Position numbers and translations under genes: made by a program | The notes under the pieces: generated by a model | Database searches by the model: none | What the model was told of the DNA's origin: nothing | The model's input: the letters and a program-made list of their open reading frames with translations, nothing else | In this document: piece after piece, positions 63,008-64,000 of the stretch | Position numbering within the stretch: the stretch's first letter is position 1 | Layout: every line of letters starts with the position of its first letter | Assembly: GCF_018977255.1 (NCBI RefSeq) | Contig: NW_024704742.1 | Coordinates: 97,962,001 to 98,026,000 of the forward strand | Direction: 5' to 3' | Length of the DNA: 64,000 nucleotides | DNA from: Callorhinchus milii | Lineage: Eukaryota

Positions 63008-64000
63008 ATACACACACTCACACACACACTCACACACTCACACACAGATACACACACTCACTCACACACACTCACACACACACACTCACACGCTCACACA
63101 CACTCACACATACACACACACACACACTCACACACAGAGATACACACACACTGACACACACACACTCACACACAGATACACACACACTGACACACACACA
63201 CACACAGATACACACACACTGACACACACACACACACACACAGATACACACACACTGACACACACACACACACAGATACACACTGACACACACACACACT
63301 CACACACACACACACACACACACTCACACACAGATACACACAGATACACACACACTGACACACACACACTGACACACACACACTGACACACACACACACT
63401 GACACACACACACACACACTGACAAACACACACACACACTGACACACACACACTGACACACACACACTGACACAAACACACACACACACACTGACACACA
63501 CACACTGACACACACACACACACACACACACACTGACACACACACTGATACAGACACACACACAGACCCTGAGACACACACACACCGACACAGACGCTGA
63601 GACACACACATACACACACTGACACACACACTGACACACACACACACTGAGACACACATACACAGACACACACACACTGAGACACACACACTGAGAAACA
63701 CACTGAGACACACACAGACACTGAGACACACACAGACACACACACACTGAGACACACATACAGACACTCACACAGGCACAGACACACACAGAGACACACA
63801 CACTGAGACAGACACACACACACGCATACGGACACACACACACACACACTGAGACACACCCACACACACAGACAGACACACACACGCAGACAGACACACA
63901 CTGAGACACACACAGACAGAGAGACACACACAGACTGAGACACACACAGACTGAGACACACACACACACACAAACTGAGACACACACACACAGACAGACA
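61721..64000. repeat. Very long compound (CA)n / CACT / CAGA / CTGA simple repeat in CARNMT1 intron 1
   Basis: At least 2.28 kb, running off the window end. Confidence 0.98.

Noticed and set aside
62677..63991. Long Cys/Val-rich ORFs on the minus strand
   Set aside because: Artefacts of the (TG)n compound microsatellite.

Overview
Vertebrate genomic DNA. The repeat content (CR1 and L2 LINEs, Deu-domain SINEs, tRNA-headed SINEs with an L2-like tail, Penelope-like relics) points to a cartilaginous fish, possibly a chimaera; the taxon is inferred, not proven. Three spliced protein-coding genes were reconstructed by hand from GT-AG exons: a complete 10-exon OSTF1 on the minus strand (CDS 45577->14409, 215 aa), a nicotinamide riboside kinase NMRK1 on the plus strand (CDS from 48524; 7 firm coding exons plus a probable last exon ending at 59366), and the first coding exon of CARNMT1 (61597-61706, +). 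Order and orientation (OSTF1 head-to-head with NMRK1, CARNMT1 downstream of NMRK1) match the arrangement I recall for the human locus. Nearly all ORFs in the supplied track are repeat-derived or spurious. I found no convincing new multi-gene system. The best leads are regulatory or structural: an NMRK1 upstream ORF whose stop overlaps the main ATG and which an alternative acceptor could turn into an N-terminal extension; minisatellites beside promoters that multiply CTCF-like/CCAAT or metal-response-element motifs; an orphan CpG-rich promoter-like patch inside NMRK1; an isolated 85-bp inverted repeat; a U2 snRNA 5' fragment fused to unknown sequence; and a decayed hammerhead-ribozyme-like motif. 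Repeat boundaries are approximate; exon boundaries were counted base by base.
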